Below are positions 10,152-19,800 of a stretch of 64,000 bases of DNA, piece by piece. A model generated the notes under the pieces. That model had not been told where the DNA came from. It searched no databases and worked only from the letters and a program-made list of their open reading frames with translations. The stretch is from an uncultured Pseudomonadota bacterium (GTDB taxonomy: Bacteria > Pseudomonadota > Gammaproteobacteria > Steroidobacterales > Woeseiaceae). The position numbers were made by a program, and so were the translations under genes. Each line of letters begins with the position of its first letter. Position 1 is the first letter of the stretch. Location of the stretch: the NCBI GenBank assembly GCA_963770585.1, contig CAVYQH010000004.1, forward strand, positions 48,453 through 112,452, in the 5' to 3' direction.

Positions 10152-10871
10152 ATGATTCGGAAGACCGGGCTAGCCATTATTCGGTTGATCCGCAGAAGGC
10201 CTCGGTTGTATCTGATTTGGTTTTATCTATACCGAAGTCGCAGAGGTGTACGCGTCGCCCGCCCAAGCGAATTCTCGAAACTGCATTTGGACGGCTACCC
10301 GAGGTCCGGGAACACATATTCAGCGAATTTGATCAAAAACTTGCTGCCAGGCATGCGCGAGCGCATGTTCGTTCACCACCTTCATGCTGTCGCCCCGCTG
10401 ATGTTGTCCTCAAAGTATGGCACACCGATCCTGGTCCTGATCAGGAACCCGAAAGACGCGATTGCTTCCAACTATCTCAAATACTTTGCACTTCGAAACA
10501 TCCGGTTGCCGAATGCTCTCGATGGAGAACTAGTATGGCATGAGATACAAAGCTACATTGACTTCTATCGGTACGTAAGGAGGCACAAGGCCAGGATTCA
10601 CATTGTCGAGTTTGACAAGATGATTTCCGAGCCAATCGCATTTCTCACGTTGGCTCTTCATTTACTGGGCGAAGATGGTCGTACGATAACCAAAGACGCG
10701 GTGGACCGAGTCGAATCGGATTTTCGGGCAGTGGAGAAGCGGAAAAATCCCTTGGGGAGCTCTTTGCCCAATACGGATCGAGCCCAAGCTACCGAAAGGG
10801 TTGCGAGCGCTCTGTATGGCTTTCCCGAGTTTGCGGAATGCGAGACTCTTTATAAAGAGCTAACTAGCTAG
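10152..10871 (+). CDS. sulfotransferase family protein (second, unrelated to 4166-5062)
   Basis: GYPRSGNTYS (PKSGTT-like 5'-PSB loop) and LIRNPKDAIAS (RNPxDxxxS-type 3'-PB motif). Visibly AT-richer than the flanking genes. Confidence 0.65.
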   Translation: MIRKTGLAIIRLIRRRPRLYLIWFYLYRSRRGVRVARPSEFSKLHLDGYPRSGNTYSANLIKNLLPGMRERMFVHHLHAVAPLMLSSKYGTPILVLIRNPKDAIASNYLKYFALRNIRLPNALDGELVWHEIQSYIDFYRYVRRHKARIHIVEFDKMISEPIAFLTLALHLLGEDGRTITKDAVDRVESDFRAVEKRKNPLGSSLPNTDRAQATERVASALYGFPEFAECETLYKELTS

Positions 10872-11031
10872 CGGGCTGATTTCCGACCTTGCTCAGCCCA
10901 GAACGGCTTCAACAAGATATGGTATTTTCTCTTGTGTCGGCACAGTGGAGTGCCTTACTCATGCGCGCTACCGGTACCAAGTATCGCTTGATTCGGGTTT
11001 GGCGGCGCATCGCTAGAGTGTTCGTTGACGC

Positions 11032-13022
11032 TTGGTGCTATCCATCCATCTTCCTTTCGTGAAATCCGTAATCCTCACTGCGTTCGTACTGGCGCTACCT
11101 GCGACTGGCCTCGCGGATCTCACTCTGGTCAGGGACGGTGTCAGTGTCGCGCCGATCATCATTTTTGAAAATGCGCCGCCGCTAACGCGTGCCGCGGTAA
11201 ATTCGTTGGTCGAGTATCTCGAGAAAACGAGCGGAGCTCGCCCGAAAGTGATCGAGGGTCCGCCGGATCCGGTGCCGGAACATGCCATTTGGGTTGGTTG
11301 GCAACCGGTACTCAAAGAATTGTTTCCCGGCACGACCTTCGAGTTTTCTCATCCGGAAGAAATCCTCATCGCCGTTAATTCGAATCACCTCGTCATCGCC
11401 GGTCGCGACCGTTGGGATCCAGAACACCTCACGGTGATGGGCGACGATCAGAAGATCGAGGGGAAACAGCTCGAATACGGGACGGCAAATGCAATCTACA
11501 CGTTTCTGCAGGACCAACTCGGCGTACGCTGGCTTTGGCCGGGCGAGCTCGGTGAGGATATCAAGCAGACGAAAACAATTGTCTTCAAGCCCTTCGAGTA
11601 TCGGCATCATCCGCAGATTCGCTCGCGAGGAGGCGTGTTCAGATTTTCGTCGCTCGGGACCAAAAGTCATGGGCGCGCCCACGACTGGGTCCGTTTCCAA
11701 CGCCTGCAACTGGATTCCCTGCAGATGAGCGGTGGGCACGCCTTCGCCGACTGGTGGGATCGTTACCACGAAAAGTATCCGGAGATTTTCGCCCTCCAGC
11801 CAGACGGCACGCGAAGCGGATTTCCAGACGCTCGGAGGGCCAAGTTATGCGTATCGAATCCAAAGGTCCGGGAACTCTGGCTCGAAGACGTGTCGGAACA
11901 GTTGGAGAAGGACCCCAACCTGACGGTGTTCAACGCCTCGCCGAACGACGGTTGGGCGAGCGGGCACTGCGTCTGCCGAAATGTACGGCCTGGGACGATC
12001 CCGACCGGCGAACCGCGGGTCTTCAACTGGTACAAGCACAACGAAACCCGGCCCGCCCTCAGCGACCGGGACGTAACCTTTGCCAACAAGCTGGGCGAAT
12101 CGCTGGAGGCGAAGTATCCCGGCCGTGGTTACCGGGTGCTGATGATGAGCTATGGGCACTCGCGGCCCGTGCCGGTCGAGGCGAGGCCGACGAAGAACGT
12201 CATCATGTCCATCGTGGCGAATTTCTTCGGCCGGACCGGGCTTCGTGGACCGCGGATCGACGCGTGGCGATACCTACCGCGAGCAGTTCGAGGGCTGGGC
12301 GAAGATCGTGCCCTCGATGTTGTGGCGGCCGAATACCGGCAGTCCCGCGGGCTGGCAGCAGGGCTTGCCTGACCTGTCAATTCAGCAAACCGTACGCGAC
12401 CTTAAGGACGTCGCCGCCGCCCATTGTGAGGGCATTTTTATCGATACCGTTTGGGAACATTGGGCGACGCAAGGCCCGCAGTACTACGTAATGGCACAGC
12501 TGGTGTGGAATCCGGATGTCGACGCGGAGGCGATTCTCGCCGACTACTACACTCGCGCCTTCGGGCCAGCGGCCAGACGCAGTGCGCGAGTATTTCGAAG
12601 CGCTCGAAGCAGAACGCATGACCTTCACGGCCGAATAGCGAGGGCGGTTCAACCTTGGCAAACTTTATACAGAAGAATTGTTAGACGCGTCTCAGGCCCG
12701 CCTCAACCGCGCGGCCGCGGCGGTGCCGCCAGATTCGCTTTTCGCGAAGCGCGTAGCCTTTGTCCAGGCCGGACTGACCTACACGGTGATGCAAGTGAAG
12801 AATATCCGCCTGATGGACGGCTATTGGGAGAGCCCGGATCCCGCGGTTGCGAAGCAGGTTAAGCAGAACTGGAAAGCCATCGAAAAACACGTCGCCGCGC
12901 ATCCCTATGCCATCAACTGGGGACCGGTTCGGCCGAACACCGAGCGCATGGCCGGTTTGAATCCGGAAGCCTCCCCACCCAAAAAGAAGAAGCCGCGCGC
13001 TAATGACCTCGACCTGGACTAA
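11032..13022 (+). pseudogene. DUF4838-type secreted glycan-binding/hydrolase-like protein, two frame switches plus an in-frame TAG
   Basis: Signal peptide, then the typical N-terminus (DLTLVRDGVSVAPIIIFENAPP..). Coding continuity runs frame 1 to 2 near 12240, and frame 2 to 0 near 12575 (..YYTRAFGPAA / DAVREYFEALEAERMTFTAE). An in-frame TAG lies at 12636-12638, followed by RGRFNLGKLYTEELLDASQARL.. in the same frame. Confidence 0.65.
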
Positions 13023-13103
13023 CGGTGTTTTGTTTTCCCTTCGTGAGCTGACTCATGAACACGACCGTCGAGTAAAGCTCCTCGGCGCGGGCGTTCTGAT
13101 CAA

Positions 13104-14276
13104 ATGCTAAACACACCTTTTGCCCCTTGGCCCAATTACACGGACGAAGAAGCGAGTGCCGTAACGAGGGTGCTCAAGTCGAACCGAGTCAACTACTGGA
13201 CCGGCGAAGAATGCCGGGCATTCGAGCGCGAGTTCGCGGAGTTTGGCGACACCTCATACGCCATTGCATTGTCGAATGGCACGGTGGCGCTTGAATTGGC
13301 GGTAAAAGCGCTAGGCATCGGCGAGGGTGACGAAGTCATTGTCACACCTCGGTCGTTCCTGGCATCGGCCTCTTGCGTGACCGAAACCGGCGCCGTGCCC
13401 GTATTCGTAGATGTCGATCCGGATTCCCAGAATATTACGGCCGCGACCATCGACGCAGCGATTGGCACCAGTACGCGAGCTATTCTTTGCGTGCATCATG
13501 CCGGTTGGCCCTGCGACATGAAGGGCATCCTGGAGTCGGCGCGCCAGCGTGGTCTTGCAGTGATCGAAGACTGCGCACAGGCACACGGCGCGAGATACCG
13601 CGGCCGGCCTGTCGGCTCCTTTGGCGACATTGGCGCATGGTCCTTTTGCCAGGACAAGATCATGACCACGGGTGGCGAAGGCGGCATGGTAACGACCAAT
13701 GATCGCGAACTGTGGTCCAAAATGTGGTCCTTGAAAGACCACGGCAAGAGTTACGACGCAGTTTATGAGCGCGAGCATCCACCGGGTTTTCGCTGGCTGC
13801 ATGAATCATTCGGGACCAATGGCCGTATGACTGAAATGCAGGCGGCCATCGGGCGCATCCAGCTCAAGCGCATGCCCGAATGGCACAAGCGACGCCTCGA
13901 GATAGCCAACACGATCTGGAACGCGGCGCGGGCACTACCCGGACTTCGTGTCCCGGAGATTCCGGAGCACATCGAGCACGCGGCGTACAAGTGTTACGTG
14001 TTCGTTCGCCCCGACGCGCTCAAGGCAGGCGGGGATCGCGATCGGATCATGGCCGAAATCAACGAACTCGGCGTGCCGTGCTACACGGGCAGCTGCCCGG
14101 AGGTCTATCTCGAAAAAGCCTTCGACGGTGGGTTCCGGCCGGACAAACGATTGCCGAATGCGCGACAGCTCGGCGAGACCAGCCTGATGTTTCTCTGCCA
14201 TCCCACCTTGACGGAAACCGAGGTTGCCAAGACCTGCCAGGTACTCGAATCCGTGATGCGCCGCGCGACGAAGTAG
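13104..14276 (+). CDS. DegT/DnrJ/EryC1/StrS (PglE-like) sugar aminotransferase
   Basis: NYWTGEECRAFEREFAEF, ALSNGTVALELA, IEDCAQAHGA, and the catalytic-lysine context SFCQDKIMTTGGEGGMV. Confidence 0.9.
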   Translation: MLNTPFAPWPNYTDEEASAVTRVLKSNRVNYWTGEECRAFEREFAEFGDTSYAIALSNGTVALELAVKALGIGEGDEVIVTPRSFLASASCVTETGAVPVFVDVDPDSQNITAATIDAAIGTSTRAILCVHHAGWPCDMKGILESARQRGLAVIEDCAQAHGARYRGRPVGSFGDIGAWSFCQDKIMTTGGEGGMVTTNDRELWSKMWSLKDHGKSYDAVYEREHPPGFRWLHESFGTNGRMTEMQAAIGRIQLKRMPEWHKRRLEIANTIWNAARALPGLRVPEIPEHIEHAAYKCYVFVRPDALKAGGDRDRIMAEINELGVPCYTGSCPEVYLEKAFDGGFRPDKRLPNARQLGETSLMFLCHPTLTETEVAKTCQVLESVMRRATK

Positions 14277-14305
14277 CCCGCCGTCAAGATGGCGTGCATT
14301 AGTGC

Positions 14306-15076
14306 ATGTACGAGCTAACGAAACTCGCCTCGCTGTTTCTCTATCCGCTCGGCAGTACTTTTCTTTTCCTCATCGCCGGTGCGGCACTTTGCATCAAGAA
14401 CCGACGTCGTTCAGGCACGGCGGTCGTCGCTTGCGCAATCGGCTGGCTCTGGATCTGGTCGATGCAGGCAACGGCCGATGCGCTGCTGGGATCATTCGAA
14501 CGTCGCTATCCGAACGTCCCAGTTGAGGTTGCGCCAAGCGCTGATGCCGCAGTCGTTCTTGGCGGAGCATTTGCTTTTGATCCAAGCTGGCCCTATCCGA
14601 CTGCCTCCGCCGCGGTCAACCGGTACTGGCATGGAGCACGCTTGTATCACGCCGGACGAGTGAAGGTGGTCGTCCTGACCGGCGGCGGCGATACGCAACA
14701 ATCCGAGAATGCAACGGAAGCGAAGGCGGGCGCTATTTTCATGCGAGACATTGGCGTACCGGAGGAACACATCCTGCTCGACAACGCCGCGCGGACCACG
14801 CAGGAGCATGTTGGTTACGTCGCCAAACTTCTCGAGAAAAACGGCCTGGAATCGTTCCTGCTGGTGACGTCGGCGGTTCACATGCGGCGCGCTGAAGCCG
14901 TGTTCCGTGCGGGCGGACTCCAGCCGATTCCCGTTGCAACGGATTTCCACGTCGAACCGGCCCCGGCATTTCGGCTGTGGCGCTTCGTGCCTAGCGTCAG
15001 CGGCCTGAAAGGAAGCACGGAAGCCGTACATGAATACATTGGCTACTGGTACTACCGATTGCGCGGCTGGATCTGA
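14306..15076 (+). CDS. YdcF/ElyC (DUF218) family envelope-biogenesis protein
   Basis: Two N-terminal TM helices. AVVLGG..., VVVLTGGG.., LVTSAVHMRRA are typical DUF218 motifs. Confidence 0.75.
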   Translation: MYELTKLASLFLYPLGSTFLFLIAGAALCIKNRRRSGTAVVACAIGWLWIWSMQATADALLGSFERRYPNVPVEVAPSADAAVVLGGAFAFDPSWPYPTASAAVNRYWHGARLYHAGRVKVVVLTGGGDTQQSENATEAKAGAIFMRDIGVPEEHILLDNAARTTQEHVGYVAKLLEKNGLESFLLVTSAVHMRRAEAVFRAGGLQPIPVATDFHVEPAPAFRLWRFVPSVSGLKGSTEAVHEYIGYWYYRLRGWI

Positions 15077-15499
15077 AGGCCTGCCAGTTATTCCGTCCTT
15101 TTCGAGAAACGCGGGGCGCTACAAAATGGCCCACTGCTGAACCAAAGCTTTGCTTAAGAAGACCAAACTGGAGTAGTTTCCCTGCGGGGATTGACGATGG
15201 TTTGAGCGCGACGGGCGCCGCCAATAAGAATAGGTCTGGGTTGGCCAATGGTCTGAGCGTTGGTGGCCAAGACAAGAAAAAGGGGAACGCCAAATAAAGC
15301 GTTTGAAACTCCGTGTGATTTTCAAATCACGCGCACAGCTTGCGTGCTATTCGCGCAGTCCGTGAGGTTCGCGGGTTCTCGCTTACCCGCCGTGCTGTCC
15401 AAGGCGACCGGTCCGCGTTCACCGGCCGGCACCAACGTTGTTTCATACGTCGATCGGGGGCCGACCTTGGGGGCGGAGAAGTTCCAATTGGGGCGTCGC

Positions 15500-15751
15500 A
15501 TGAACGAGATCCGTACGTCGAATAGCGGTGCGCAAGTGCCTGGGCCGGAGTTCGCAGCGTGGTGGCGTGTCGCCCTGCTGTTGCTGTCGGGTGCAGCGGT
15601 AATCATTTCATTGATACCATCCTTCAAAGAAGCCATTGAGCTGCCACATACGTACAGAATGCAACAGAACAAACGCTCATGGCTGCGGTTTCAATCGGTC
15701 GATGCTGGTGACCGCAAATTTACCTACGTCGATTTCGCTACCGCAGCGTAA
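15500..15751 (+). CDS. hypothetical small membrane protein (weak call)
   Basis: An internal ATG of ORF 15260-15751 gives an 83-aa product with one hydrophobic helix (WWRVALLLLSGAAVIISLI). No recognisable family. Confidence 0.2.
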   Translation: MNEIRTSNSGAQVPGPEFAAWWRVALLLLSGAAVIISLIPSFKEAIELPHTYRMQQNKRSWLRFQSVDAGDRKFTYVDFATAA

Positions 15752-17741
15752 CGTCCATGTAGTCCGCATACTGCTCAACATAAAATGGTCGAAAATGTTG
15801 TCTATCTCTGAAGATCAGCTTTCCAGTTGGCGTGGTGGCCCTACAACGTAGGCCCTCGCACAAGCGTAATGAAGGATCAATCGTCTCTGCACCACTACGT
15901 AGCGCCATAGCTTTCATTTCGTCGCGCAGATGCCGCTGCGCCGGATCGAATGTGACCATCAATTCTCCTGCCGCAGGCAAGTTCAATTGAATCTGAGTAA
16001 GTCGAGATCCAACCAAATAAGAATACGGTGCAAACTCACGGGCGTTGGGGTTATCCAATATCAAATACACTTTCCGATTCTTTGAGATCGAGCGCATGAA
16101 TGACTCCAATTCTTGCATTGCCAAAGTTGCACCCGCTCCTCCCTTGAACATTATCTTCCTTCCGTTGTCATCCAAATAGTAAAAGGAATTCGATGACGAC
16201 TCCTCCGTTGCGGAGAGGAAGTAGCGATTCCACATACCACCAATTACAACGACTTCGACCTCCGCTTTGTCTAGATACGTGCGTGCTTCTGCCATTGCGT
16301 TGGAGCAACGATTTGTTTTGATATCCAATACATTAGGTATAGGTGGACAATTTGTATGTGTTATGAAGATAGCTGTGTTTTGGTCAGGATCTTCTTCCAG
16401 TAAGCGAACTACTCTCGTGGCGTACTGCTGAATATGCGAATCGCCAAGAAACAACGTTGTCGCTTCCCTTCCGATTGCGGTATACGCATTTGTGGTTCCA
16501 TTTGACACCGGCTTGAGACCACCTGGGTAATCCCAATCGTGCGCCGCCGCGACTACCCCTTCGACAGAGTGCGAGTTGAGCCTCGGAGCCACGCCTCCTT
16601 TCCATACAATTAGACCGGCGATGAACAAGACAAACATCGAGCATGCAAGAACTGAGATATCCGCTTTGCTATAGCTTTTCCTAAATCTCTTCTCCACTAG
16701 AATGTATGTACCAGATGCAAGCAATATGCTCACTACTATCAGAGAAAATCGAATAGTTCTGTCTGGCAAACCACGTTCGAGAATTCGGGCATACGCCAGG
16801 AGTGGCCAGTGCCACAAGTATAGTGGATAGCTTATTAGACCTATCCAGACCATTATGGGGTGACTCAGAAAGAATTGATTTAGCCATCCTGTCGGGTGTC
16901 CTGCAATTACCAACGCAGAACCAATTGTTGGCACTAGTGCCCACCAGCCTGGGAAGGGTGTGTTCTTATTGAACCAGAGGACGCTACAGACTATTAGCAC
17001 AAGTCCAATTGGTGCGAATAGGGGTAAAAATCTATTGCTGCAATGAGGTTTATCGCACCGGAAGAGATAGACGTAGGCCAACAGGCCACCCACCATCAAC
17101 TCCCAAACTCGGCTAAATGGAGAAAAGAACAAGGCTGCCGGATCGCGACCAATCCAGTAAATGTTGATTACAAATGACAGGGCTGCAACGAGAAAAGCAA
17201 TAAGTAAGAAACTCAGCTTTCTCCGCCACACAATGCCAAGCAAAAGAGGCCACAGGATGTAGAATTGCTCTTCAATACCGAGCGACCACAAGTGAAGCAG
17301 AGGCTTAATTTCTGCGGCTCTATCGAAGTACCCGGCCTCGCTCCACAAGACGAAATTGGAGACAAAGCCGGCTCCTCCCGCGACATGCTTGCCTAACTGA
17401 GAATGCTCATCTGGAAAAAGGACATACCACCCAAATGCCATGCTGGATAACAACACCAGCAATAGAGCGGGGAAAATCCTCTTGATTCGTCTGGCGTAGA
17501 ACTCAACATAGCTAAATCTATTGTTGTCAAGATTGCCCAAAATTATGGTCGAAATCAGAAAGCCTGAAATGACGAAGAAAACGTCAACCCCGATGAATCC
17601 GCCCGGCACTATTCCAGCAAAGTAGTGATACCCAACTACGGAGAGCACAGCTATTGCGCGTAGTCCATCAATATCTGGCCGATATGTTGGGTGCGCTAAA
17701 TTGTACTTCTTTGATTTCATGGTTGTTTCAATCGACCACAA
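15738..17741 (-). CDS. acyltransferase family 3 (OafA/YrhL-type) with C-terminal SGNH-like domain
   Basis: RPDIDGLRAIAVLSVVGYH start and about ten TM helices. The C-terminal soluble domain has LFLGDSH. Length 667 aa, AT-richer segment. Confidence 0.85.
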   Translation of the reverse strand: MWSIETTMKSKKYNLAHPTYRPDIDGLRAIAVLSVVGYHYFAGIVPGGFIGVDVFFVISGFLISTIILGNLDNNRFSYVEFYARRIKRIFPALLLVLLSSMAFGWYVLFPDEHSQLGKHVAGGAGFVSNFVLWSEAGYFDRAAEIKPLLHLWSLGIEEQFYILWPLLLGIVWRRKLSFLLIAFLVAALSFVINIYWIGRDPAALFFSPFSRVWELMVGGLLAYVYLFRCDKPHCSNRFLPLFAPIGLVLIVCSVLWFNKNTPFPGWWALVPTIGSALVIAGHPTGWLNQFFLSHPIMVWIGLISYPLYLWHWPLLAYARILERGLPDRTIRFSLIVVSILLASGTYILVEKRFRKSYSKADISVLACSMFVLFIAGLIVWKGGVAPRLNSHSVEGVVAAAHDWDYPGGLKPVSNGTTNAYTAIGREATTLFLGDSHIQQYATRVVRLLEEDPDQNTAIFITHTNCPPIPNVLDIKTNRCSNAMAEARTYLDKAEVEVVVIGGMWNRYFLSATEESSSNSFYYLDDNGRKIMFKGGAGATLAMQELESFMRSISKNRKVYLILDNPNAREFAPYSYLVGSRLTQIQLNLPAAGELMVTFDPAQRHLRDEMKAMALRSGAETIDPSLRLCEGLRCRATTPTGKLIFRDRQHFRPFYVEQYADYMDVTLR

Positions 17742-18124
17742 CGGACGGCGACCAAAGAGTCCTAGACCAAATGAGGCAAATGGATTCGACCTGAAAAGGT
17801 TTCGACTACGGGACTACGGCGCAGTTTCCGACGTCAATATCGTACTGATATGTTTACCGAACCTTTTCTCAAAAGCTTGTTATTTAAGTCGACAACCGCG
17901 GACGCTGATCTCACGGCGAGTGGGAGTTTCTTGAAGGGCAGTTTACCGGTGATACACAGGCCTTTGCGTTTACTTGGTTGGCATCGATGAGGCTGCTCGA
18001 TGAACTACAACTTCGAACGTACGCCCCAGGGCAAAATGTGCTTCGGCAGGGCGTCGACGGTAACCCTCGAGGATGGCAGTCGCCTCCGCAGAACCGGTAA
18101 TTGTCAGACGGCGTCCTTCTGCAT

Positions 18125-18892
18125 CTAAGGCCGACGCTTGCGTAAGAGCATAGAACCTTTTGATCCCAGCTTTGGCAAGTACATTGATGACAACACCTCA
18201 ACTCGCTTCCAAACCGGCAGCGCAAACCCAGGGAGAGCCGAGATAAAGTGACTGCTTAGGAGAAAGTACCCGTGGCTGGCCAGAACTTCGCAGTTACCTT
18301 CGATTGCCACCGTGGCAAGCTCATTGAATGAGAAGAGCGGAGGGTGTCCTGGCCTCGGTAGGGGAAAACCTGACGTTGCGAAATCAATAAGAACATAGCC
18401 TCCCGGTGCTACTACCCGCATTTTCTCTTTGACAACGTCAATAGCAGCCTGTTTTGTGTCCAACCTGTTAAGAACGCGGGTAGAAAAAACAAAGTCGAAC
18501 GCACCATCTTCGAACCCTGTGTCCTGGCCGCTTCGCACGACAAAAGATATGTTGTCGAGGCTTCTCGCCTTCGACTTGCCCTCCTCCAGCATGTATTCTG
18601 AGGGATCGAGAGCCGTGACATTGAAACCTTGCTTCGCGAGCTCGATAGCGAATCGAGCTGTGCCGGCGCCGATTTCAAGAATTCGTGCACCGGGCGCCAA
18701 ATAACTGACTGCGCGCTCGAGCTGCCGATCCTCAATCCAATGTATCAATCGACCTTGTGGAGTGGTGAAGCGGGCACGGTCGTAATTCCTTGCCTGAACT
18801 TCCGAATAGGCTGTCAACAAACCATCCTCATGTTCTACAGATCTCGTATTTAAAGTGGATCTCGATTCCGACGCCGGGCATGATGCTGTCAT
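18125..18892 (-). CDS. class I SAM-dependent methyltransferase
   Basis: Motif I ILEIGAGTARFAIELAKQG, post-I VTALDPSEYML, motif II FDFVFSTRVLNRL. Confidence 0.85.
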   Translation of the reverse strand: MTASCPASESRSTLNTRSVEHEDGLLTAYSEVQARNYDRARFTTPQGRLIHWIEDRQLERAVSYLAPGARILEIGAGTARFAIELAKQGFNVTALDPSEYMLEEGKSKARSLDNISFVVRSGQDTGFEDGAFDFVFSTRVLNRLDTKQAAIDVVKEKMRVVAPGGYVLIDFATSGFPLPRPGHPPLFSFNELATVAIEGNCEVLASHGYFLLSSHFISALPGFALPVWKRVEVLSSMYLPKLGSKGSMLLRKRRP

Positions 18893-19620
18893 TCGGTATG
18901 AGCTGCGCGTCGATTCCGAACAGCAGCAACAACGTCCTGAAGGTCAGGGTGTTCAATTGCGTCGAGCTGAGCCAGGGATATTTCACCGTCGTGTCCTTTC
19001 CGATACAGCTCATCGCGATATGCTTGCCACTTCCAATGCCTGGCAGAGATTCGAGCTGGTATTGCCGCTACTCCCGCAACTTTTGCCAAAGCCAATCGAT
19101 GTTTTCCAGTCATGAAGAGGAATTCGCCGTTAGCCCCAATGCTCAAACAGAACGGGTCCGTTGCGCGGTTCGGCCATGTAGGGATCGCAAACCCCTTAGT
19201 GGACAATGTCTCGAAAAGCGACCGATAACGTAATAGATCCGGCGGTTTCTGATGCGGTAGCGGCGATTCGGTGACAAAGAGTTTCCTGAACTGATCGACA
19301 AGCCTGCTGTGCTTCGGAGGGAGGCGCATCATACGCTCCCACTCCTTCCTTTGGATCAATCCACTGAATCGATATAGTTTCCGCCGGACGAATTTCGAAG
19401 ATTCAATTGAGTATTCGATAGTGTGGGGTGGCACGTAAACCGTCGCGATTGGGCAAGCCGGTTTGGCATATGCAAAGTAATGCACAACAAATAGTAGACA
19501 GGACTGGACATCGAAGACGGTAAGAACCAGCCACTTTAGTGCGGCGTTCAAGACACTATATATCTCACGAAGGTGGAGACTCGGGAGTCGGCGTCCCTGT
19601 TGTTGCTTAACGCGACTCAT
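18889..19620 (-). CDS. hypothetical protein with ParB/Srx-like motif
   Basis: Its stop overlaps the methyltransferase start (4-nt overlap). GEFLFMTGKHRLALAKVAGVAAIPARI resembles the ParB N-terminal/sulfiredoxin-fold GxHRxxAA..G...IP signature. Start placed at ATG 19620, because the longer ORF (to 19824) would overlap the capD-like start. Confidence 0.45.
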   Translation of the reverse strand: MSRVKQQQGRRLPSLHLREIYSVLNAALKWLVLTVFDVQSCLLFVVHYFAYAKPACPIATVYVPPHTIEYSIESSKFVRRKLYRFSGLIQRKEWERMMRLPPKHSRLVDQFRKLFVTESPLPHQKPPDLLRYRSLFETLSTKGFAIPTWPNRATDPFCLSIGANGEFLFMTGKHRLALAKVAGVAAIPARISARHWKWQAYRDELYRKGHDGEISLAQLDAIEHPDLQDVVAAVRNRRAAHTE

Positions 19621-19800
19621 ACATCCATGTTCCAGTCTAACCCACCCGGTCAATTTAGCGACGAGAGTTCTGCCTCCCGGCCCGCCATTTGTGCTAAGTT
19701 TCTGGTCCGTACGGATAACAAAAACAAGTGCCGATACCGGTATGACAAAAACAACAAATGGTAGCTTACATCCGCCGGCGAGAAGCCAAGGGAGGCCAGG

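Noticed and set aside
8191-10543. Alternative-frame ORFs over the PGT and ATP-grasp genes (8191-9018, 8374-8952, 9303-9767, 9995-10543)
   Set aside because: They overlap motif-bearing genes and have Arg/Pro-rich composition.
15077-15499. Intergenic stretch with a small GTGATTT-TC-AAATCAC palindrome (15316-15331) and ORFs 15260-15751 / 15322-15672
   Set aside because: A 7-bp inverted repeat is within chance expectation. The long ORF forms have no motifs and overlap each other. Only the distal 83-aa part is kept, as a low-confidence call.
17911-18225. 104-aa Cys-rich ORF between the acyltransferase and the methyltransferase. Also, in another frame, a protein-like stretch (..LTITGSAEATAILEGYRRRP..) in the same interval
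   Set aside because: The Cys-rich ORF overlaps the methyltransferase 3' end and looks compositional. The other stretch has no start codon after the upstream stop at 18200-18198. At best it is a gene remnant.
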